DNA of 64,000 nucleotides, taken from NCBI GenBank assembly GCA_017610175.1, contig JAFCCO010000004.1, positions 1 to 64,000 on the forward strand, in the 5' to 3' direction. Under the pieces are notes generated by a model that worked only from the letters and a program-made list of their open reading frames with translations, had not been told where the DNA came from and searched no databases. The translations under genes and the position numbers were made by a program. Below, piece by piece: positions 9,268-17,843 of the stretch; the first letter of the stretch is position 1; the number at the start of each line of letters is the position of its first letter. Source of the DNA: Candidatus Iainarchaeum sp. (lineage in GTDB: Archaea > Iainarchaeota > Iainarchaeia > Iainarchaeales > GCA-2688035).

Positions 9268-9621
9268 ATGCCAGCAGGAGATGGAACAGGACCCAATGGA
9301 TTTGGCTCAATGACAGGAAGGCGCGCAGGATACTGTGCAGGCTATTCGGCACCGGGCTACACCAACCAAGCGGGCGATAGAGGCTTTGGACGGGGCTTTG
9401 GAAGAGGCGCAGGCTTTGGAAGGGGTTTCAGGGGTCGATTTTACGCAGTACCAGCACCAGCTTACAGCGCTTACACGGCACCGCAAGCCCAACAGCAGGT
9501 ACGGCAGCCCACAGAAGCCGACGCAAGAATGCAGGAAAAGTCCGCACTTGAACAGGAAGCAAGCGCCTTGGAACAGGGGCTCGCGGAAATAAAGAAAAGG
9601 CTCGCTGAATTAGGCAAGTAA
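9268..9621 (+). CDS. DUF5320-family protein (RGFG repeats plus C-terminal coiled coil)
   Basis: MPAGDGTGPNG.GSMTGR.AGYCAG N-terminus; GRGFG repeats; heptad-like C-terminus. Confidence 0.88.
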   Translation: MPAGDGTGPNGFGSMTGRRAGYCAGYSAPGYTNQAGDRGFGRGFGRGAGFGRGFRGRFYAVPAPAYSAYTAPQAQQQVRQPTEADARMQEKSALEQEASALEQGLAEIKKRLAELGK

Positions 9622-9640
9622 ACCAAATTAAACAATTGCA

Positions 9641-9702
9641 CCGGCGGCTTTTACGGCCGTCGGATTGGATTTTTTTCCCAAAAAAATATGTGGAAAAAAA
9701 CC
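9641..9702 (+). terminator. Two hairpins with a T-run after DUF5320
   Basis: CCGGCGGC-ttttacg-GCCGTCGG stem, then T7CC..GGA7 stem. Confidence 0.45.
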
Positions 9703-9715
9703 GGATTTTAATGTA

Positions 9716-9743
9716 ATGCACATATGCCCAAAACTATTTAAAT
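9716..9743. promoter_or_regulatory. Operator copy ATGCACATATGCCCAA next to TTTAAAT
   Basis: Near-identical to 16002-16030; related to 1524-1539. Confidence 0.7.
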
Positions 9744-9821
9744 CAGTTCGGTTTATTATAATAGTATTGCCCTAAAAAAAATATGGCGCAAAGAGCATAA
9801 AACATATTTAGAGTGTAGAAG

Positions 9822-10110
9822 ATGGTTTTAAAAAAGAAATAGAAACGGCTTTGGAAAAAGTAATGCACCCGGAGTTTGATAAAAGCCTTACTGAATGCAA
9901 TATGATAAGGGCAGTGGAAATTAAAAACGACAAACCAGTTGTGACTTTGGCGGTGCCTTTTTTGCACGTTCCAATTAAAAACGACCTGATTCAGATAATT
10001 AAAAGCAAGGTAAAAAATAAAACCGGCCTTGAAGCCGAAGTGGAAATAAAGGAAATGAACGAAGAGGGAAAAAAAGGTTTGGAAAAATAGTTAAAGAAGT
10101 CAGAGACTAA
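9822..10110 (+). pseudogene. DUF59/SufT-like (Fe-S assembly) gene with two single-A deficits in homopolymer runs
   Basis: Core LEKVMHPE..SLTECNMI..VTLAVPF; the ATG at 9822 and the C-terminal RFGKIVKEVRD are each one frame off, at A6 (9830-9835) and A7 (10069-10075). Confidence 0.6.
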
Positions 10111-10188
10111 GCCAAATGCGGTTAAGCAAACCCTTAAAGTTTTTCCCACAAAAATGCTTTTAAACCAGAAAAGGGGATTAATCCTTCA

Positions 10189-10674
10189 ATGAAAAAGATA
10201 TGCTATAAACCAATAGGCATAATACATTCAGGCCATAAGCAAATGGAAGGCACCCCGATTCAAAGCACATTGTCAAAAGATTCAAGTGGGCAAGTAGAGG
10301 TTTTTCCCGAATATGCCCTCGGTTTGAAAGACCTTGAAGGATTCTCACACATTATTTTAATTTACCATTTTCATCTGTCCAAAGGCTATTCCCTTTTAAG
10401 CAGGCCGTTTCTGGAAAATAAAAAGCATGGAATTTTTGCCATTAGATCCCCAAAAAGACCAAACCCGATAGGGCTTTCAGTAGTTAAATTGGAAAAAAAA
10501 GCCAACAACATACTGCACATAAGCGAAGTGGACATAGTTGAGGGTGCAATGCTGCTTGACATTAAGCCCTATGTTTCAAAATTTGATGTGAGAAGCGGAA
10601 CAAAAGACGGTTGGCTGACAAAAAAAATAAGGGATGCCAGGGAACATAAAGCCGATAACAGATACAGCCCATAA
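10189..10674 (+). CDS. tsaA: tRNA m6t6A37 methyltransferase TsaA/TrmO
   Basis: PIGIIHS, GLKDLEGFSH, GIFAIRSPKRPNPIGLS, LDIKPY. Confidence 0.9.
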   Translation: MKKICYKPIGIIHSGHKQMEGTPIQSTLSKDSSGQVEVFPEYALGLKDLEGFSHIILIYHFHLSKGYSLLSRPFLENKKHGIFAIRSPKRPNPIGLSVVKLEKKANNILHISEVDIVEGAMLLDIKPYVSKFDVRSGTKDGWLTKKIRDAREHKADNRYSP

Positions 10675-10799
10675 ACAGCCAAAGACTGAAGCTTGATAGT
10701 GGCTTTTAGGCTGTTCCAATTTCACTACTCACTAGCTATTTAAAAATGGAAGTGGGCATACTAATCACTATTAAACCCTTTTTTATGAGAGTGTTTTTT

Positions 10800-11207
10800 T
10801 TGTCCGACTTAGATTTAGAAAAAATTAAAGCAAAGAAATTAAAAAAAATGCAGGAACAAATGCGTCAAAATGAGGTGAAACAATTGGAAATTGAAGCAAA
10901 CGACGAAAATTTTCAAAAAGAAGTAATTGAAAAAAGCAGCAGTGTCCCTGTTGTGGTTGATTTTTGGGCAACATGGTGTACCCCCTGCCTCATGCTTGGC
11001 CCAAGCCTTGAAAAACTCGCCAAAAAATTTGGCGGAAAGTTTGTGCTGGCAAAAGTGAATGTTGACCAAAGCCCCAGGGTGAGCGCAAAGTATGCGATTT
11101 CAAGCATTCCAGCCGTGAAAATGTTTAAGGATGGCAAAGTTGTTGATGAGTTCATTGGAGCTATTCCAGAATCAGCAGTTGGGCAATGGCTTGCCAAAAA
11201 TATCTAA
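10800..11207 (+). CDS. trxA: Thioredoxin with N-terminal helix
   Basis: VDFWATWCTPC, AKVNVD, SSIP; start uncertain (10785 ATG or 10800 TTG). Confidence 0.88.
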   Translation: MSDLDLEKIKAKKLKKMQEQMRQNEVKQLEIEANDENFQKEVIEKSSSVPVVVDFWATWCTPCLMLGPSLEKLAKKFGGKFVLAKVNVDQSPRVSAKYAISSIPAVKMFKDGKVVDEFIGAIPESAVGQWLAKNI

Positions 11208-11218
11208 AGGCGGTTGAA

Positions 11219-12028
11219 ATGAAAATAAAAAAAATAACTATTTTTCCGGGCAAGGGCAAGCAGGGCAAAAAAGAAGATTTTGAAAAAATCGAAATACTTG
11301 CAGGGCAAAAAATAGGAATTGTGGGCCCAACCGGGTCTGGAAAAAGCCAATTGTTGTATGATATTGAAAAGCTTAGCCAGGGAGAAACCAAGACTTTAAG
11401 AACAATTTTAATAAATGGCCGCAAGGTTCAGAAAGACCTTAAGATAGACCCTGCAAGAAAAATAATCGGATATCTTACCCAGCACATGAATTTTATGACA
11501 GACACAACAGTCCAAAACTTTTTGGAAACACACATAATTACACGGGGCAAGCACAGGTCACAGGAAAGCACCAAAGAGCTGGTTGAAAAAATAATAGATG
11601 CCGCAAACACAATAACTGGTGAGGAAATCAACAAGAATACAAATCTGCTTATTTTGTCCGGAGGCCAATCAAGAGCATTAATGGTTGCTGACCTTGCATA
11701 TGTTAGCGAATCCCCAATTATTCTAATTGACGAAATAGAAAATGCAGGCATAAGAATCCGCGAGGCCCTTGAGCTTCTTATCAAAAAAGGAAAAATAGTT
11801 TTTTTGGTTACCCACGACCCGATTCTCGCATTGGACACTGACAAAAGGCTTGTCATGAAAAAGGGGGCGATAAGCAACATTATTTATACATCTGTTAAGG
11901 AAAGGGGAATTGCAAATTACCTCTCATGGATTAACAACTACCTTTTGGATGTTAGGGAAAATGTAAGGAAGGGAAAAAAGGTAGAGGAATTGCGGTTAAT
12001 ATGCACTCCAGTGGGGGCGAAAAAATGA
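11219..12028 (+). CDS. Stand-alone ABC-type ATPase
   Basis: GPTGSGKS, LSGGQSR, LIDEIENAG, VTHDP. Confidence 0.85.
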   Translation: MKIKKITIFPGKGKQGKKEDFEKIEILAGQKIGIVGPTGSGKSQLLYDIEKLSQGETKTLRTILINGRKVQKDLKIDPARKIIGYLTQHMNFMTDTTVQNFLETHIITRGKHRSQESTKELVEKIIDAANTITGEEINKNTNLLILSGGQSRALMVADLAYVSESPIILIDEIENAGIRIREALELLIKKGKIVFLVTHDPILALDTDKRLVMKKGAISNIIYTSVKERGIANYLSWINNYLLDVRENVRKGKKVEELRLICTPVGAKK

Positions 12029-12813
12029 AGATGATAATCTTTGGCGGCACGCCTGGAAGCGGAAAAACAAGCGTAATTAAATTTGTAATGCAGGAATTAA
12101 AAGATTTGAGCATTCATTACGTAAAATTTGATGTTTTGTCCACAGAAGACCATTTTCTGATAAAAAACAAATTTGGGGTGAGCGCTGAAAGCAAAATATC
12201 CGGAGACGTGTGCCCAGACCATTACGCCGCATTGGAAATCCCAAAAATCGTTGAAAAACACAAAAGGAAGGACCTAATCATTATAGAAACAGCTGGGCTT
12301 TGCCTAAGGTGCTCACCATACATAAACGAAGGACTTGCAATCAATGTTTTGAACATTTTGGCGGGAAAACCATCAAGCTATGGGCCATTGTTAACACAAG
12401 CTGATTTGGTGGCCACAACCAAAGGCGACTTGATTTCACAGGCTGAAAGGGAAATTTTTAGATCAGAAGTTTTAAAAGTTGCCAAAAACGCCTCAATAAT
12501 TGAAGCAAACGGGTTAACCGGAGAAGGAGCGATTGACATAGCTGAAGCCATAAGAGAAAGTCCCGAAATAAAAAGGAAACTTAGCTTAAAGCACTCAATG
12601 CCAACCGCTGTCTGTGGGTACTGCTATGGAAACAAAACGATTGATTCAGAGGAAACATTGAAGCGTTACTTGCTTGGCAAGGAATTGAAAGCAAAGATTC
12701 CAAACCTAAACTGCGGAAAATGTGGGTTCAAATCGTGCAACGAATTTATAAGAGCGGTTTTGGATGAAAAAGTCGGGGAAGAAAACTGCCCGTATTTAAA
12801 AAAAGGGGATTAA
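12025..12813 (+). CDS. HypB/UreG-like GTPase fused to a C-terminal FeS domain
   Basis: GTPGSGKT, CPDH, ETAGLCLRC, TKGD; C-terminal NCGKCGFKSC..CP. Confidence 0.85.
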   Translation: MKMIIFGGTPGSGKTSVIKFVMQELKDLSIHYVKFDVLSTEDHFLIKNKFGVSAESKISGDVCPDHYAALEIPKIVEKHKRKDLIIIETAGLCLRCSPYINEGLAINVLNILAGKPSSYGPLLTQADLVATTKGDLISQAEREIFRSEVLKVAKNASIIEANGLTGEGAIDIAEAIRESPEIKRKLSLKHSMPTAVCGYCYGNKTIDSEETLKRYLLGKELKAKIPNLNCGKCGFKSCNEFIRAVLDEKVGEENCPYLKKGD

Positions 12814-12814
12814 A

Positions 12815-13810
12815 ATGGAAAAAAAGCAGAAAATAACAGGTAATGGGGCATATCATTTTAGCAGGCTGGAAAATTTTCCAATATCCTTTTTGGCGGTCTG
12901 TTTGGGCTTGTTTGGTTTTACCTTGGCTTGGCAAAAAGCAGAGCAGGTGTTAAAGTTTCCATTTAGCATAAGTACTGCTTTGCTCTATTTTTCAATCCTG
13001 GTTAGCGGAATAATACTTACAACCTATTTTATAAAATTCGTTAAATATCCTGAAAAAGTCAAACAGGAGTTTAACCATCCGATAAAACTTAATTTTTACC
13101 CAATAATCGCAAAAATTTTTTTGATTGCCAGCATAATTTACCTTAGCTTAAACATTGTAATTTCAAAATATCTTTGGTGGACGGGAGTTGCAATGCAATT
13201 TATTTTTACAATAGTGATACTGTCTGCGTGGATAAAACACGAAAAATTCGAAATACACCATATTAATCCATCCTGGTTTATTCCGGTTGTAGGATGTATT
13301 ATCATCCCAATAGCAGGAATCAAACATTTTGCTCCAGAACTCTCTTGGTTCTTTTTTAGCATAGGCTTTTTTTGGTGGTTAATATTAACAACTTTAATTA
13401 TGAATAGAATAATTTTCCATCGCCCTATTCCAAATAAATTAGTGCCTACTTTGTTTATCTTATTTGCACCACCTGTAATAGGATTCATAGCTTTAACAAA
13501 ACTATTAGGTGGAATAAATCCTTTTGGAAACTTGCTTTATTATTTTGGGCTATTTTTATTTATCCTATTATTGTTTCAGTTTAAGCTGTTTGCAAAACTT
13601 AAATTTTATTTGTCCTGGTGGGCATACTCCTTTCCCTTGGCTGCTTTAGCAATAGGCACATTTTTGTTCTACCACGAAACAGGATTGTTTTTCTTTAAGA
13701 TAATGTCATGGATTTTATTCATATTATTAAATGCCATCATTTTATTATTGTCCATTAAAACATTAAAAGCTATAAAAAATAAAATAATTTGCATAGATGA
13801 AAAGGATTAA
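12815..13810 (+). CDS. SLAC1/TehA (tellurite resistance/dicarboxylate) anion channel
   Basis: EFNHPIKLNF, NPSWFIPVVG, PTLFILFAPP, LSWWAYSFPLAA. Confidence 0.9.
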   Translation: MEKKQKITGNGAYHFSRLENFPISFLAVCLGLFGFTLAWQKAEQVLKFPFSISTALLYFSILVSGIILTTYFIKFVKYPEKVKQEFNHPIKLNFYPIIAKIFLIASIIYLSLNIVISKYLWWTGVAMQFIFTIVILSAWIKHEKFEIHHINPSWFIPVVGCIIIPIAGIKHFAPELSWFFFSIGFFWWLILTTLIMNRIIFHRPIPNKLVPTLFILFAPPVIGFIALTKLLGGINPFGNLLYYFGLFLFILLLFQFKLFAKLKFYLSWWAYSFPLAALAIGTFLFYHETGLFFFKIMSWILFILLNAIILLLSIKTLKAIKNKIICIDEKD

Positions 13811-13854
13811 GCAACAGGCTTATTTAAATTTTAAGCCAAAGGAGGATAAATCAA

Positions 13855-14205
13855 ATGCCTTGGATTGATGAAGAAAAATGCAGTGGATGCGGTATTTGCG
13901 TAAAAAACTGCCCGGTAGAAGCCATTTGTATGGAAAATGGAAAAGCCAAAATAGATATGGGCAAATGCATCAGATGCGGCAAATGCCACGAGATATGCCC
14001 CCAAAATGCAGTCAGGCATGATAGTGAAAAAATTCCGCAAGAAGTTAAAGAAAATATTGAATGGGCAAAAAGGCTGATGAAACACTGCAAAACTAAAAAA
14101 GAGAAACAAGAGTTTTTGGAAAGAATGGTCAAGCACTTTAATAAAGAAAAAATAGTCGCAGAAAAAAGCCTTAGCAAGATTAAAGAAATCAAAGATGAAA
14201 ATTAA
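13855..14205 (+). CDS. 2[4Fe-4S] ferredoxin-domain protein with helical C-terminal extension
   Basis: CSGCGICVKNCP and CIRCGKCHEICP; GGAGG RBS. Confidence 0.9.
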   Translation: MPWIDEEKCSGCGICVKNCPVEAICMENGKAKIDMGKCIRCGKCHEICPQNAVRHDSEKIPQEVKENIEWAKRLMKHCKTKKEKQEFLERMVKHFNKEKIVAEKSLSKIKEIKDEN

Positions 14206-14252
14206 GCAAAGAAATAAGAAACCGGAAATAAAAATAAGGGGTTAAAAACTCA

Positions 14253-14456
14253 ATGAAAAAAACAATAAACGGGTTGTTGTTTAACAGGATTGAAAAGCTT
14301 GGGGGCAAGGACTTTAACCACCTTGGATGTGAAGGCAAAAATGAATCTTTTGGCGACTTCCTTGCCGGGTTTGTACCAAAAATAGGAATGAGAAAAAAAG
14401 CAAGGTTTACTATAGAAACACTGGACGATTCTGGAAAAAAATCGAACAAGCACTAA
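14253..14456 (+). CDS. Small hypothetical protein
   Basis: GGGGT RBS-like site; co-oriented in the operon. Confidence 0.55.
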   Translation: MKKTINGLLFNRIEKLGGKDFNHLGCEGKNESFGDFLAGFVPKIGMRKKARFTIETLDDSGKKSNKH

Positions 14457-14476
14457 AAAAAGGAGGCAGATTGAAG

Positions 14477-14653
14477 ATGGTTAAAATAAACAGAAAACTA
14501 TGTACCAGTTGTGGAAACTGTGTGGAAGCATGCCCTTTTGGGGTATTAGAAATAAAAGATGGAAAAGCAGTGGTTGCAAACCAGGAAAAATGCCAAAAAT
14601 GCGGGGCCTGTATTTCAGCCTGCCCAAACAACGCAATCAAAATCGAGGAATAA
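14477..14653 (+). CDS. 2[4Fe-4S] ferredoxin
   Basis: CTSCGNCVEACP and CQKCGACISACP; AGGAGG RBS. Confidence 0.92.
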   Translation: MVKINRKLCTSCGNCVEACPFGVLEIKDGKAVVANQEKCQKCGACISACPNNAIKIEE

Positions 14654-14654
14654 T

Positions 14655-14921
14655 ATGGGCGAAAAAGCTGCAAGACTAGTTGAAGAATACAAAAGATATG
14701 CAAAAGAAAACAGGTTCAGCTTGAACCCCAGCAAAAAAATAGTTGAAGGCGTAATAACCGGCCTGTTTGAAAATGAGAAAAGACACGGGGAAAAATACTG
14801 TCCCTGCAGAATGGTAACGGGAAAAAAGGAAGAGGACAAAAAAATAATATGCCCCTGCATTTACCACAAAAAAGAAATTGAAACACAAGGCCACTGCCAC
14901 TGCCGGCTATTTTTTAGGTGA
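14655..14921 (+). CDS. Ferredoxin:thioredoxin reductase catalytic subunit
   Basis: YCPCR, ICPC, HCHC motifs. Confidence 0.9.
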   Translation: MGEKAARLVEEYKRYAKENRFSLNPSKKIVEGVITGLFENEKRHGEKYCPCRMVTGKKEEDKKIICPCIYHKKEIETQGHCHCRLFFR

Positions 14922-14927
14922 TACAAG

Positions 14928-15245
14928 ATGAACCTGCTTGTCTTTGTTTCATCACATTGCTCCCACTGCCCAAGCGCAGTGTCAGCCGTTAAAAAGATTC
15001 TGCCAAAATATGAAGAATATGGCATTGAATATGAAAAGATAAGGGCAAAAACCCAAAAAGCAAAGGAAATCTCAGGCAATTATGGCATAAGGGCATATCC
15101 AACAATCGTGGGTGTTAAAGACAACGGGGAAATCGCTTTCAAAATCACTGGAACTCCAAGCGAAGAAAAACTCAAAAAAGAAATTGAAAAAGGACTTGGG
15201 CTGAAAAAATCAATCTTCAGCAAAATTTTTGGCGAAAAAACATGA
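14928..15245 (+). CDS. Thioredoxin/glutaredoxin-family protein
   Basis: HCSHCP, YGIRAYPT. Confidence 0.85.
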   Translation: MNLLVFVSSHCSHCPSAVSAVKKILPKYEEYGIEYEKIRAKTQKAKEISGNYGIRAYPTIVGVKDNGEIAFKITGTPSEEKLKKEIEKGLGLKKSIFSKIFGEKT

Positions 15246-15658
15246 ATGCAAACGATTTTTTAAACAAGGGAAACAAAATTGCAGTAGCGGGAGTTTCAGC
15301 CGATTCCAAAAAATGGGGATTTAAAATTTATAAAGAATTGAAGTCTGCCGGACTCCAGGTTTACCCTCTAAACCCAAAATACAAAACAGTGGGCCAAGAC
15401 ATTTGTTACCCCACTTTGGAAGCATTGCCCGAAATCCCAACAGTGGTAATAACAATTGTGCCCCCAAAGGTTACAGAACAAATTGTGGAACAGTGCAAAA
15501 AAATCGGCATAAAAAAAGTGTGGATGCAGCCTGGCTCAGAATCAGAAAAAGCAATAAAGTTTTGCAAACACAACAACATTGAAGTAATGCACGATGCCTG
15601 TTTTATCGTCAATGGCTTAAAGAAAAATAGGAAAACAAAACAAGGTGAAGCAAAATGA
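15242..15658 (+). CDS. CoA-binding protein (YccU/COG1832-like)
   Basis: IAVAGVS, YPLNP, VWMQPGSES, DAC. Confidence 0.88.
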   Translation: MNANDFLNKGNKIAVAGVSADSKKWGFKIYKELKSAGLQVYPLNPKYKTVGQDICYPTLEALPEIPTVVITIVPPKVTEQIVEQCKKIGIKKVWMQPGSESEKAIKFCKHNNIEVMHDACFIVNGLKKNRKTKQGEAK

Positions 15659-15999
15659 TAACTTTTGCATGCAAAAAAATAAGGCTGGATGAAATTGTTA
15701 GGTGCTCATTCAGTTTAAACAAAACAGAATACAATATGCTGATGTTTTTGCTTGGAAAAGAAAAAGAATTTGATATTCACGCCATTTCCAAAAAAATGGG
15801 TCTTGAGAGGACAACAGTGCAAAAGGCACTGAAAAAGCTTTTGGATAAGAAATTAGCAAAAAGAAGGCAGTTAAACATAGAGACAGGGGGATATTTCTTT
15901 TTGTACAGCGCAAAAAACAAGATCTGGATAAAAACGCAGCTTTTGAAAATAATTAGGCAATGGGAAAAAACCGCTGAAGAAGAAATACAAAATCTATAA
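15655..15999 (+). CDS. TrmB-like HTH transcriptional regulator (COG3355-like)
   Basis: ITFACK..RCSFSLNKTE..ERTTVQKAL..GGYFFLY. Confidence 0.8.
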   Translation: MITFACKKIRLDEIVRCSFSLNKTEYNMLMFLLGKEKEFDIHAISKKMGLERTTVQKALKKLLDKKLAKRRQLNIETGGYFFLYSAKNKIWIKTQLLKIIRQWEKTAEEEIQNL

Positions 16000-16001
16000 T
16001 A

Positions 16002-16030
16002 ATGCACATATGCCCATAACCTATTTAAAT
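16002..16030. promoter_or_regulatory. Operator copy ATGCACATATGCCCAT next to TTTAAAT, upstream of the ATPase pair
   Basis: Near-identical to 9716-9743; ATG lies 30 nt after the TATA. Confidence 0.7.
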
Positions 16031-16059
16031 GCTTTGACGCACAATCTGATTGGTTTAAG

Positions 16060-16893
16060 ATGAAACAAATTGCGGTAACAGGCGGAAAGGGCGGAACAGG
16101 AAAAAGCACTGTTGCGACAGCCTTAGCAGTTTCACTCGGCAAAAAGCACAGGGTTTTGCTTGTTGATGCGGATGTTGACTGCCCAAACGACCACCTGCTT
16201 CTTGGAATCAAAAGGGAGAAAGTGAAAACCGTTTGGCAAAGAATCCCAAAATGGGATTTTGAAAAATGCATTAAGTGCGGCAAGTGCGCTGAAGCCTGCA
16301 AAGTCAACGCAATTTTCGCCCCAAAGGAAAAGCAGCCGATTTTTATGCAACAGCAGTGCAATGGATGCGGGGCATGTGCCCTAAGCTGCCCAACACAGGC
16401 AATTGGGTGGGACAAAAAAGAAATCGGACACGTTTTCAGGGGAAAAGCGCACGGAATCGATTTCCTCGGGGGGGAACTGAAAGTAAACGAAGCCGTTTCC
16501 GAATTTGTCGTGGACGCCCTGAAGGAAACGCTTGAAAAAAACGCAGAAGAATACGATTTTGTGGTTGTTGACACTGCGGCAGGAACACACTGCGACGTAA
16601 TCAGTGCATTGCAAGGCAGTGAATTTGCACTTGCCGTGACAGAGCCAACCCCTCTTGGAAAACATGACCTTGAACTGATAATGAAACTGCTTAGCGAACT
16701 GCAGGTTCCCTTTGAAATAGTGCTGAACAGAAGCGACGTGGGAAAAGCGAATTTGATAGAAAAAGTTGCGGCAAAATACGGTAAGAGCATTGCCGCAAAA
16801 ATCCCATACAAAAAGGAAATTATGATAGCCTACAGCAAAGGCATCCCAGTAAAAGACAAAAGCATTGAAGAACTGAGAGAGATGGTTAAATGA
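16060..16893 (+). CDS. MinD-superfamily P-loop ATPase with inserted ferredoxin domain (COG1149)
   Basis: GGKGGTGKST, DADVDCPN, two CxxCxxCxxxC, VTEPTP. Confidence 0.9.
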   Translation: MKQIAVTGGKGGTGKSTVATALAVSLGKKHRVLLVDADVDCPNDHLLLGIKREKVKTVWQRIPKWDFEKCIKCGKCAEACKVNAIFAPKEKQPIFMQQQCNGCGACALSCPTQAIGWDKKEIGHVFRGKAHGIDFLGGELKVNEAVSEFVVDALKETLEKNAEEYDFVVVDTAAGTHCDVISALQGSEFALAVTEPTPLGKHDLELIMKLLSELQVPFEIVLNRSDVGKANLIEKVAAKYGKSIAAKIPYKKEIMIAYSKGIPVKDKSIEELREMVK

Positions 16894-17792
16894 AGCAAAT
16901 AACTGTGTTGAGTGGAAAGGGAGGGGTTGGAAAAAGCAGCATTACCGCGTCGCTCGCAATTGCCCTGTCAAAAGGGAAAAAGATAATTTGCGCAGACTGC
17001 GATGTTGACGCTTCAAACCTTGCACTTGTATTCGGGCTTGAGGAAAAAGACATGCAGCAGTGGAAGGGGCTTGCGACAAACGAAAAAGCCTTTTTGCTTC
17101 CGGAAAAGTGCACAGGCTGCGGAGCCTGTGTTGGGAGTTGCCACTTCAATGCAATCGGCTGGGATGAGGAAAAAAAACAGCCGGTGTTCGATAAATATGG
17201 CTGTGAGGGCTGCGGGGTCTGCCCAATGGTTTGCCCAAGCGATGCAATTGAATTAAGGCAGGTGGAAAATGCAAAAATCGGGTTTGGCAAAACAAAGTAC
17301 GGGTTTGACGTCGTGTCGGCACAGTTGAAAATGGGCGAAAGTGGCAGTGGAAAAGTTGTCGCAGAGGTTAAAAAACTGGCGGCTGAACGTTCCAAAAAGG
17401 AAACTGAAATTTTGTTGATTGATGCCGCCGCGGGAATTGGCTGCCCGGTAATTGCATCCATTTCAGGAAGCAATTATGCGGTTGCGGTAACAGAGCCAAC
17501 TCCATCTGGATTAAGCGACCTCAAAAGGGCCCTTGGAATTGTCGGGCACTTTGGAGTCCCATGCGGGATAATAATAAACAAATATGACCTAAACCCCTCT
17601 TTTTCAAAAAAGATAGAGTCCTTTGCGGAAAAAAGCGGGATTGATGTGCTTGCAAAAATTGCATATGACAAAGCATTCACCGATGCATTGGTAAACCTTG
17701 TCCCCATTGTGGTTCACAAAAAGGAGTACACTGCGGTGTTTGAAAAACTCGCGGAAAATATTCTGGAGAGAACCAGCTTAGGCAAAATGTAA
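16890..17792 (+). CDS. Second MinD-superfamily ATPase with inserted ferredoxin domain (COG1149)
   Basis: SGKGGVGKS, DCDVDASN, CTGCGACVGSC, CEGCGVCPMVCP, GIGCPVIAS, VTEPTPSG. Confidence 0.9.
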   Translation: MKQITVLSGKGGVGKSSITASLAIALSKGKKIICADCDVDASNLALVFGLEEKDMQQWKGLATNEKAFLLPEKCTGCGACVGSCHFNAIGWDEEKKQPVFDKYGCEGCGVCPMVCPSDAIELRQVENAKIGFGKTKYGFDVVSAQLKMGESGSGKVVAEVKKLAAERSKKETEILLIDAAAGIGCPVIASISGSNYAVAVTEPTPSGLSDLKRALGIVGHFGVPCGIIINKYDLNPSFSKKIESFAEKSGIDVLAKIAYDKAFTDALVNLVPIVVHKKEYTAVFEKLAENILERTSLGKM

Positions 17793-17843
17793 ACCTTTCA
17801 CCAAAATTTAAAAACTTTTAGTAATTCAATAAGATATGATATT

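Noticed and set aside
9380-9435. Short tandem GGCTTTGGA repeats, possible CRISPR or VNTR
   Set aside because: They encode the RGFG repeats of DUF5320; no spacers and no cas genes
15777-16811. 344-aa minus-strand ORF, and many other antisense ORFs such as 115..780 and 41973..42740
   Set aside because: Shadows of well-supported genes on the opposite strand, with no motifs of their own
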